Notes under the pieces: generated by a model
What the model was told of the DNA's origin: nothing
Database searches by the model: none
Seen by the model: the letters and a program-made list of their open reading frames with translations, nothing else
Sequence record: LR745208.1
Reading direction: 5' to 3' (one strand)
Length of the DNA: 64,000 nt
Translations under genes and position numbers: made by a program
In this document: positions 10,217-18,063 of the stretch, piece by piece
Layout: every line of letters begins with the position of its first letter
Numbering within the stretch: position 1 is the first letter of the stretch

Positions 10217-10467
10217 TTGGCTTTTCTCCTGTCCCTGGGGTCTCAGACCCTTGGGTTTTTTCTATTCCAGAGACACCATACCGACGAAGTTGGCAAGAGA
10301 CAAGAAAAATCGTAACCAGTGGGATATCCGATGTTTTCTTCCGTGGCCATGGCCAAATAGGATGCCCCAAGAAGTTTCTAGAAGTCCCCTACACCATCTC
10401 CGGGCGGTTAGGATGTGAAATCAACTGGTGGACGATATTCCGGCTCTAGGCACACCCCGTTAGACCC

Positions 10468-12234
10468 ATGACTCAACACACCGCCCGCCAAGTCGTAGCA
10501 TCTCTCCCAACCGGGATCAACCTCCAACACCTTGACGTGATGGCCCGCGCCCAATTCATGGAAGGTCTGCTGGGGGCTCCTCCCTTCTCGATCTCCGGAA
10601 AAGCTCACAGTAATGCCCAGTTGCGACAAGTAATTGGGAAGATGATGCTACGAATTGATCCAGAGACGGATGCTACCACCAGCCCATGGGTTTCCATGGA
10701 GAGCCTGGGGCTGTATCGGACCGCCTGGGTCGCCGCCTCCAAGGCTGTAGCCAAGATGGGTCTCGAAGCGGAGGATGTTCTCCTGGCAGACATGGTCAAG
10801 GGAATTGGTCTTGCCAAAAATGGAAGCAAAACTGCGGATCTCACTCTCCAGAATGAGGTAGGTGAAGCTCTTGCTGAGACCAGTCACATTGGTAGCATCT
10901 TCTATGAAGTAGGCAAGCTCCTTCGGGCCAAGAAGAAGATGGTTCTATCGGGTGAAGTTGCCCTTGCTGAGATCCTCAACAAAATTGGCATGGCCGCTCG
11001 TCGTGAAGCAATGGACATTGGCCGCACCCTCATGCGCCGTCGCGTAATGGAGATGGAAAACATTGAGGAAATAGGTAAAGAAACCCTTGGGGATGCCGAT
11101 GACATCAACGCCCCCGAGTGGGAGCAGATCATCTCTCAGGTCATGGGTAACCCGGCACACCCGGCGGCCCAAGAGTTTCTCTCTTGGTTGGTTGAACAAG
11201 CCAAGCGGATGTCTAGCCCTGTAGTGGTGGAATACTTTGAGTCTCTAGCTAGAGGGGAAGACCTTGGCTGGGGAATGGACTCGGTGATTGCTGCCCGTGT
11301 AGGAGTGAATCAGACCCACCTTTCCAATGGGCGCAAGAAGTTCATTGGGGAGATATCCAAAATCCTAACCACCCAAGGTGATGATCGGTTCCCGGAGGTT
11401 GTCAATATGATGTCGGACGCATCCTTCCTTTCTGACTTGTACCGTGGCAAAATTCATGGCCGCATGGCTCGACTCAAGAAAGCTGCTGCTGAGAAGTCCC
11501 TGCGAGGTAGGGTCATCCGTCTTGCCCATGAGAACCCAGCCCTTCGACCCCACCTCCTCCCTCTCCTCAAGCAAGCGGGGGATGTAATCCCCTTCCCAGG
11601 AACCTGGAGGGGCACTCCTGGAAGCAACCCAAACTTGGTGGAGCTACCCCGTAGCCCAATGTCTATTGGGGAGACACTTGAAAACACCAAGGTTCGCGCA
11701 CAGATGTTTGCCAATACTCTTCGGGTCACGGACCTGACCGATGCAGGTAAGCGTGGCAAAAGGGTTTCCCAATTCGCCCTCTATGACCTGGACCGAGCCA
11801 AGGTCAATCAGGAAACTGCCAGCATCTTCCAGAACCTAGTGGAAGCGACCGTTGGTGGCCATGCCACATTCAGCACCCTCCTGCAAATGGCCAAGACTGT
11901 AGCGAACGAACAAGATGCCCTGGCCCCCAAGCTAGAGGTTTCTGCCCTTCGTGGTGTCGATGTGGCACCAGCAGGAGTCAAGGCACTTAGAATTCAAGGG
12001 CAGTTTGTCTCAATCCGAGCAGAGCATGATGACTTCTCGGTAGAAGACACCCACGACCAGAACAACCTGTCCACCTGCATACCAGCCATCAAAGGTGGCA
12101 AGAAGGACATCCCAGTCTTCTATCGCTGGGTCCAAGACAACCAGAGCCAGATCAAGTCCATGACCTTCCAAGAAGTCGTGGGAGCCATGCGAGGTCTTGG
12201 AATCAAATATCACCAGTACTGTGCAATGGACTGA
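10468..12234 (+). CDS. Multidomain phage protein with a sigma-like/HTH region and the LRxxVIRLA..NPALRP tag
   Basis: 588-aa ORF; DSVIAARVGVNQTHLSNGRKK is HTH-like; tag shared with the next gene. Confidence 0.6.
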   Translation: MTQHTARQVVASLPTGINLQHLDVMARAQFMEGLLGAPPFSISGKAHSNAQLRQVIGKMMLRIDPETDATTSPWVSMESLGLYRTAWVAASKAVAKMGLEAEDVLLADMVKGIGLAKNGSKTADLTLQNEVGEALAETSHIGSIFYEVGKLLRAKKKMVLSGEVALAEILNKIGMAARREAMDIGRTLMRRRVMEMENIEEIGKETLGDADDINAPEWEQIISQVMGNPAHPAAQEFLSWLVEQAKRMSSPVVVEYFESLARGEDLGWGMDSVIAARVGVNQTHLSNGRKKFIGEISKILTTQGDDRFPEVVNMMSDASFLSDLYRGKIHGRMARLKKAAAEKSLRGRVIRLAHENPALRPHLLPLLKQAGDVIPFPGTWRGTPGSNPNLVELPRSPMSIGETLENTKVRAQMFANTLRVTDLTDAGKRGKRVSQFALYDLDRAKVNQETASIFQNLVEATVGGHATFSTLLQMAKTVANEQDALAPKLEVSALRGVDVAPAGVKALRIQGQFVSIRAEHDDFSVEDTHDQNNLSTCIPAIKGGKKDIPVFYRWVQDNQSQIKSMTFQEVVGAMRGLGIKYHQYCAMD

Positions 12235-12244
12235 TGAGATACCA

Positions 12245-12619
12245 ATGACAACTCTGCGGTCCAAACTCATCCATCTAGCCCAAGAGAACCCGGCTCTCCG
12301 GCCCCAGTTGCTCCCCCTGCTCAAGGAGGCGGCACCCACTAAGGGGGTGGATGTGGCCAAGGCCATTGAGCTTGGGGCCCTAGCAGAGAGCTATCTTAAT
12401 GCCCTCCAGGCAGCACAGAAGAAGCTGAGTGTGGGACGTGACTTCTACCGTGCCTTGGAGGCATTCAAGCTCCCAGGGATGCAATCCTCTAGTAGCCCAT
12501 TCTACAGCGTGGCCCTGGTCAAGGATGGTAAGCCAGAAGATGTTGGGGATGTAGATGGGTCACTGGTTAAGATGATTCACACGCTCGAACTGGCTGTGAA
12601 AGAGCTCCAGAAGGTCTGA
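12245..12619 (+). CDS. Hypothetical protein with N-terminal LRSKLIHLAQENPALRPQLLPLLK tag
   Basis: ATG 12245 follows the upstream stop; tag nearly identical to an internal segment of the previous gene. Confidence 0.75.
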   Translation: MTTLRSKLIHLAQENPALRPQLLPLLKEAAPTKGVDVAKAIELGALAESYLNALQAAQKKLSVGRDFYRALEAFKLPGMQSSSSPFYSVALVKDGKPEDVGDVDGSLVKMIHTLELAVKELQKV

Positions 12620-12646
12620 ACCTCCCCCTGCCTTGTAAAGTGTCCC

Positions 12647-13456
12647 ATGACCTACATCAGGTGCATGGACGCCCTAGACTTCATCCAGTCCCTCCCCAAC
12701 AACTCAGTCGACCTGCTCCTCACAGACCCTCCCTTCTATGGAATTGTTGGGGATGCTTGGGACAACCAGTGGACGGATGAGAAGCAGTTTGCCAGATGGC
12801 TGTCCGACATCCTTCTAGCAGGCTTGCCCAAGCTCTCCACCACAGGATCCCTTGTGTTCTTTGGGGGGTTAGGTAAGCACAAGTCCCACCCCCTGTTCAG
12901 GATCATCACAGCACTGGAAGACGGTGGGTTCACGTACAGAAATTGGATAACTTGGCGGAAACGAAGAGCATTCGGCAAGAGCCATGATTATCTCTTTCTT
13001 AGGGAAGAAATTCTTTGGCTCTCCAAGTCCGCCGAACGTACCCAAGTCACATTTCACAAACCGTACCTGGACACCAAGAGGGGCTATGCTGGATTTGACG
13101 CCAAGTACCCAGCACACAGCGAGTTCAAGCGTGTAGGGAACGTCTTCCTCGACATCGAGGATCTTGAGTATGAAACGGTGATAGAAGACATCACTGAGCT
13201 GTTCCGTCCACAGAGGTCATGCCAAAAACCCTCCAAGCTCATGGAGAGGCTTGTTGCCACCCACTCCAACAAGGGGGACATGATCGTAGATCCCTTCTCT
13301 GGCTTCGGTTCTACAGGCATTGCAGCCGTGAAGTTGGGTCGGAGGTTCCTGGGGTCGGAAGCCATTGAGGCAGATGCCCAGAGGGCTAACCAGCGAGTCA
13401 TAGATGCCCTTCCTGTCGAAGAAGAGGGAACTGTCCTTGACCTACTAGAGGGATGA
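12647..13456 (+). CDS. Site-specific DNA methyltransferase (N6A/N4C, beta class)
   Basis: DLLLTDPPF motif IV, QKPSKLMERL, IVDPFSGFGSTG motif I. Confidence 0.92.
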   Translation: MTYIRCMDALDFIQSLPNNSVDLLLTDPPFYGIVGDAWDNQWTDEKQFARWLSDILLAGLPKLSTTGSLVFFGGLGKHKSHPLFRIITALEDGGFTYRNWITWRKRRAFGKSHDYLFLREEILWLSKSAERTQVTFHKPYLDTKRGYAGFDAKYPAHSEFKRVGNVFLDIEDLEYETVIEDITELFRPQRSCQKPSKLMERLVATHSNKGDMIVDPFSGFGSTGIAAVKLGRRFLGSEAIEADAQRANQRVIDALPVEEEGTVLDLLEG

Positions 13457-13554
13457 ATCTGCCTGCCTCTACAGGGCCTTCTCTGAAGGTGTTCTGTGGG
13501 CCGATAGCATAAATTCCAGAAAGACGAGCTTTTCCCTATCGCTCAAGTAGAGAT

Positions 13555-13932
13555 ATGGGCAACCTCGGGGAGCCAATTACACCTACAAGTACGCCAACTT
13601 CTGGTACACAACCCCAACCATATCAGGGTGATATGGATTTCCTGGAAGATTGCTGCCAATGGTTGAATGTTGTGGATGGGATCCTAACCGCACAGGCTTT
13701 AACCAAAAGCCCCCATGTCCTTGAGATCAATCTGTTCATGAGTCGGCTTTGGACCGCTTCCCCGGCCCTCTATGGGGTTGCCAAGTTTTGGATTTTCTGG
13801 CTTGGTCTCCGAATCCTCCATCGATCCACCTGTAAAGAGCCAGCTAAAGTACGTCGCCATATACTACTTGCCATAGGTGTGACCTTCATGACCATCAACA
13901 TATGGCATGCCTACATCTACCGACTCATGTAG
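13555..13932 (+). CDS. Small membrane protein (DUF5658-like)
   Basis: LNVVDGILT..LEINLFM and three hydrophobic segments. Confidence 0.55.
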   Translation: MGNLGEPITPTSTPTSGTQPQPYQGDMDFLEDCCQWLNVVDGILTAQALTKSPHVLEINLFMSRLWTASPALYGVAKFWIFWLGLRILHRSTCKEPAKVRRHILLAIGVTFMTINIWHAYIYRLM

Positions 13933-13934
13933 GA

Positions 13935-14800
13935 AGGGAATCGACTGGCTCAGGTCGAATTTCAGGTCAGGCTACCCAGTTCCGTTGGTATGGGTTCCTA
14001 GGTGCAATTTGTGTCTGAGTGACTTCCCTACCAGTCTTGTGAGCCTCTTCGGTATCCCCGAAGTTTCCACAGGGGATCTGGTGCATGGAAACCTATGGTT
14101 TCAACCCATAGTCTCCCAGTGGGGTCATCGTAGTAATACGAGTGGAACAGGAGCCAAACTCCAACAAGCCGCCACATCAGAGCAGAGTTGGTACAGTCTG
14201 ATCTCTCCAAGGGGAGAGTGGATTGAAACAAGTCTGTCACTGTCAAAGGGAACAAGAAACACAGCCCGGCGATCCTACCCGGTAGGATCAACCAGTAAGT
14301 CAGTGACTCTCCCCATGGGAGAGTGGATTGAAACATCTGAGGACCCATTCCACATCGTTGAGACTCCAGAGATGTATGTCTATGGAGTAGATGTAGGTAA
14401 TGTCTACTGTAAGGATCCTTCTGGATCCGTAGTATTAAGTCCTGGGTTCAATAGTGGTAGAAATACATCTGATACCTCAGAACGACCCTTTTAGGGAGGG
14501 TCACCACCCAAGGGAATGAGGGACAAACTCACCCCTAGTAGATCCGTCTACTGAAGTAAATCACTAACGAAATAGAGTAGTTAGTGAGAACAAGACAGAA
14601 GAAAACGTCAAGGTGAAGACCTTAGACGTAAGGGGGATCTCTTGTCCATTGCCGCCTACGGCAACTGAAACTCCTATTGAGACCTCAATACACATGGATG
14701 CAGTAGCCTACCAGTTGTCTAGTTTCAGTTCTCATCTCAAGTACAGCCAATTGGGGTCTTGGAGAATTTTCCAAGACCCCAATTCTTTGAGGAACCTACT
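13935..14800. other. Probably non-coding, hairpin-dense region (origin or structured RNA candidate)
   Basis: More than 12 inverted repeats, including a perfect 15-bp stem at 14749-14784; no convincing ORF. Confidence 0.6.
14198..14334 (+). CRISPR. Two type I-C-like CRISPR repeat units (32 nt each, 14198-14229 and 14303-14334) separated by 73 nt; no cas genes in the window
   Basis: CTGATCTCTCCAAGGGGAGAGTGGATTGAAAC and GTGACTCTCCCCATGGGAGAGTGGATTGAAAC: a stem followed by TGGATTGAAAC. Confidence 0.6.
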
Positions 14801-14802
14801 AA

Positions 14803-15129
14803 ATGGCTAGCTCCTACCAAGGTCAGTCGAGGATCAACTTCAAGAGACTGGTCACTGACTGTTGGGGACTCCTGAAGGGAAGTTCATATATGGTCTTCCC
14901 AGGAACCAAGAAGTCTCATCCCTCACAGGTGGTACTAGTACAGCCCACCAATATGACACCGGGATGGGATGGACCCTTCTGGGAAGAAGTGGTGATCCCT
15001 ACCATAAGGGATCTGATAAACCTGAACCCCCCCTTCGGTTGGGGGAGTCTGCAAGCCAAGAGTCTGACTGAAGCATATTTGAGGAGAGCCTTATTGGTAT
15101 CCTCTTGGGTAGATCGAGTAGATTGGTAA
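14803..15129 (+). CDS. hypothetical protein
   Basis: 108-aa ORF at the head of the replication block. Confidence 0.5.
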   Translation: MASSYQGQSRINFKRLVTDCWGLLKGSSYMVFPGTKKSHPSQVVLVQPTNMTPGWDGPFWEEVVIPTIRDLINLNPPFGWGSLQAKSLTEAYLRRALLVSSWVDRVDW

Positions 15130-15172
15130 CTTCCCTCCCTCCTGGGTCCTCTGGTACGGTGTAAGACCACCT

Positions 15173-15790
15173 GTGATTGCATCCTCTGTTTCCTGTCAGC
15201 TTTTTCATGGCCCTGGGTCCCAAGAACAAGCTTACTTGATAGCCAAGACCTTTGGGAAGGTGCTCCCTTTCGATGGTGGGGCACTCAAAAAGGAAGGCTG
15301 TCGGGAGCTAGTGGACCTGCTATCACAAACCCCTGTTGGAGATGGGTCTCATTCCGTTGTGGTAGGTCCTGTAGATGAGGCAGCAGCTGCTTCAACGGAT
15401 GTCCTCCTCAAGGCCATTGAAGAACTCAAGCTGGTTTACCCTGTGTTATGGGCATGGGACCTTGGAGGAGTCTCCTCCACCTTGACATCAAGGTGTCTCA
15501 CCCATTTCGCTCCAGGAGTGGACATCCGATGGGAGGGTATGATCCCAATTGCCAGAATGGTCCTCAAGGCCTACCTGGAGGGGGATTGGGTAAGCCTGAT
15601 CGAGGAGGTTAAAGACATCAAGGAACAGGACATGCTCCTCCGTGCCCTTGTAGATGTGTTGCAACCGAAGTTGGAGTCATCCACAGACCCCACTCCCTAT
15701 CTCGCCCTGTGGGGTCATCTGAGGCCCCTGTTCAGTGGGGGTACCCTGACACAGGCACGAATCCTATCAGCCTTCCTGGAGGCTAAGTGA
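15173..15790 (+). CDS. DNA polymerase III delta-prime-like clamp-loader subunit
   Basis: VVVGPVDEAAAASTDVLLKAIEE..TLTSRC resembles the HolB AAA+ core. Confidence 0.7.
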   Translation: MIASSVSCQLFHGPGSQEQAYLIAKTFGKVLPFDGGALKKEGCRELVDLLSQTPVGDGSHSVVVGPVDEAAAASTDVLLKAIEELKLVYPVLWAWDLGGVSSTLTSRCLTHFAPGVDIRWEGMIPIARMVLKAYLEGDWVSLIEEVKDIKEQDMLLRALVDVLQPKLESSTDPTPYLALWGHLRPLFSGGTLTQARILSAFLEAK

Positions 15791-17022
15791 CCATACAGAT
15801 CCTCCAAGGTAACTCCCTCGATGTTCTCAAGGGTCTACCCGATGGGTCAGTCCATTGCTGTGTGACCAGCCCACCCTATTGGGGGTTACGAAATTACAAT
15901 CATGAGAGTCAGCTAGGGCTGGAGTCCACCCCCGAAAAGTATGTGGCCAACATGGTCCAGGTGTTCCGTGAAGTACGGCGGGTGCTCCGTGAAGATGGTA
16001 CATGCTGGATTAATTTGGGTGACTCATTTTGTAGTACTGATAAGTGGGGTGGGGGAAAAAGTGGTAACAGTGGGAAACATACTGTTGTTTCGGGTACAGG
16101 TGACGTGCCCTCATGGGCTGTGCGGGCACGAAAACCATCGATTGCTGGAATCAAACCCAAGGACCTAGTGGGCATCCCATGGATGGTGGCTTTTGCCCTC
16201 CGGGCAGATGGCTGGTGGCTTCGTAGTGATATTGTGTGGCAAAAACCCAACGTTTTACCAGAATCGGTCACAGACCGTCCAACCAAATCCCACGAGTATG
16301 TGTTCCTGCTAGCCAAGTCAGCCCAATACTTCTACGACATGGATGCCGTGCGGGAGCCCTGTACAATGAAGCCCCAACGGAGGCTCACCCCCATTGAGGG
16401 GAGGCCATCTTTTGGGGGGCATCAAGCCCATACAGAAGCGGGTTACAGGACCCGAGATGAAGTGGGGGTTGATGGGCACCCTGGGGGTCGCAACCTCAGG
16501 GATGTTTGGTCAATCAATACCCGGCCCTACAAGGGTGCCCACTTTGCCACAATGCCCCCCGCATTGGTAGTGCCATGTATCAAGGCAGGGACCAGTGAGA
16601 GGGGTTGCTGCCCATCCTGTGGTGCTCCTTGGGAGCGGCAGGTGGATCGAGAGAAGATCCCAGACCGTCCCGGAAGAGTGCAGGCACGAAAAGGGGATTC
16701 CCTGGCAGATGCTCATGGCCAAGATGGACGGGCTGGTAACAGACACTCCATCCAATCGACCACCACTGGTTGGGAGCCAACCTGTACCTGTTCCCCACAG
16801 GAACCAGTCCCATGTACAGTGCTGGACCCGTTTGGGGGATCCGGGACAACTGCTGAAGTGGCTAGGTCCCTGGGACGAGACTGCATCCTTATCGAGCTCA
16901 ACCCTGACTACATAGATCTCGCTAAGATCCGGCTATATGGGGAGAGGGAACCCGAAAGGGCTGATCTTGAGGCTACCTCTGATCACGAAGGTCCATCGCT
17001 ATTGGAAATGTTGGGGATGTGA
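15787..17022 (+). CDS. Site-specific DNA methyltransferase (N4C/N6A) with a Zn-ribbon insert
   Basis: VTSPPYWG, RPTKSHEYVFLL, HFATMP, CPSC..CTC insert, VLDPFGGSGTT. Confidence 0.93.
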   Translation: MTIQILQGNSLDVLKGLPDGSVHCCVTSPPYWGLRNYNHESQLGLESTPEKYVANMVQVFREVRRVLREDGTCWINLGDSFCSTDKWGGGKSGNSGKHTVVSGTGDVPSWAVRARKPSIAGIKPKDLVGIPWMVAFALRADGWWLRSDIVWQKPNVLPESVTDRPTKSHEYVFLLAKSAQYFYDMDAVREPCTMKPQRRLTPIEGRPSFGGHQAHTEAGYRTRDEVGVDGHPGGRNLRDVWSINTRPYKGAHFATMPPALVVPCIKAGTSERGCCPSCGAPWERQVDREKIPDRPGRVQARKGDSLADAHGQDGRAGNRHSIQSTTTGWEPTCTCSPQEPVPCTVLDPFGGSGTTAEVARSLGRDCILIELNPDYIDLAKIRLYGEREPERADLEATSDHEGPSLLEMLGM

Positions 17023-17990
17023 TGTCCCAACCCTCTCTTCTACTAGTTGCGGGTACGGATGAGCACCGTCGTCGGATGTTCACGCAAGCCACCATCACCA
17101 AGTTCCAAGCAAAGGGGTATTCCATCTTCCCTGTTGATGCGGAGGACCATGACTCCATCACCAACCTGATTGCGACCACAGGGGTTCTTTTCTCTGGCAA
17201 CACATTGGCTGTAATTGCCAATGCTGACAAGCTCCTCCTGGAGGATGTATCCAGCCACATGTTGGATCCCAACCCCGCCCTGACTCTTCTGTTGGTGTCA
17301 GAGAGTGCCCAGCCCAAAGGTGAGGTTGTGTCCCAGGTTCCCAAGGCACAGACCCGTATTTTCACGCTTCCCGCCTTCTACAAGATGGAGAGTTTTGCAG
17401 CCGAGTATGCCGTGGAGGTTGCCAAGCAACATGGGATGACCCTGTCTCCGGAGATCGCCAAGGCACTGGTCCAAAAGGTTGGTTCAGACCTTGGGGTCAT
17501 CTTCTATGAGGTGGGGAAGGTTGTGCAGCTGGCAAAGGTTCTTGGGATCAACGTGATTGAGCCCATACATGTGAAAGAAGCCATGGCCCCCCTTATGGAG
17601 TTGGATGGGTCGGCCCTGGTGGCTGCCTTGGGAACCCGAAGAATTGCCCTGGTTGCGAGTGAGTTGCAGCGATACTATCAGTCGAAACGAGGGGACCCAA
17701 CCATAGAAGTGTGTGGTAAGGTGCTGTCACCGAACATCATCAAATGGCTCCAGGCAGCGCACATGCACGAGAAGGGCCTCCCAGCAGGGGCCGCAGCAAG
17801 CCGGGTGGGTGCAAACCCTTGGTATTGGGAACACAATATCCTACCTCAAGCGAGAGCCTGGGGGGTCACAGGTTGCAAGCAATTGTTGCATGTCATAGCC
17901 CGGTCTCAAGTGGCTGTCTTCGAGGGTGCCTTGAAACCATGGGGGATTCTGGAAACAGGCATTCTAAGGGCAATTCGCGTATCGTCATAG
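17019..17990 (+). CDS. DNA polymerase III delta-like clamp-loader subunit
   Basis: ALVQKVGSDLGVIFYEVGKV lid motif; about 320 aa; clustered with the HolB-like gene. Confidence 0.7.
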   Translation: MMSQPSLLLVAGTDEHRRRMFTQATITKFQAKGYSIFPVDAEDHDSITNLIATTGVLFSGNTLAVIANADKLLLEDVSSHMLDPNPALTLLLVSESAQPKGEVVSQVPKAQTRIFTLPAFYKMESFAAEYAVEVAKQHGMTLSPEIAKALVQKVGSDLGVIFYEVGKVVQLAKVLGINVIEPIHVKEAMAPLMELDGSALVAALGTRRIALVASELQRYYQSKRGDPTIEVCGKVLSPNIIKWLQAAHMHEKGLPAGAAASRVGANPWYWEHNILPQARAWGVTGCKQLLHVIARSQVAVFEGALKPWGILETGILRAIRVSS

Positions 17991-18063
17991 TCGTTTGATG
18001 GTCAATAGACCCGACTAGACACACTCTCATTCCTAGCCTTCATTCACCCAGCAGGAGACTTCC

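Noticed and set aside
14063-14092. GTTTCCAC..ATGGAAAC 30-mer as a third CRISPR repeat
   Set aside because: Single copy with no similarity to the other two beyond GAAAC; explained as one of the many local hairpins.
14198-14334. Canonical CRISPR array
   Set aside because: Only two non-identical repeats, a 73-nt gap (about twice a normal spacer), no leader and no cas genes; reported as repeat-like units instead.
13907-14494. 195-aa ORF with a repeated GEWIETS peptide
   Set aside because: The peptide repeat is simply the translation of the two CRISPR-like DNA units; the composition is not protein-like and the start overlaps the upstream gene.
12647-17022. Restriction-modification system
   Set aside because: No cognate restriction endonuclease is adjacent; orphan methylases are routine in large phages.
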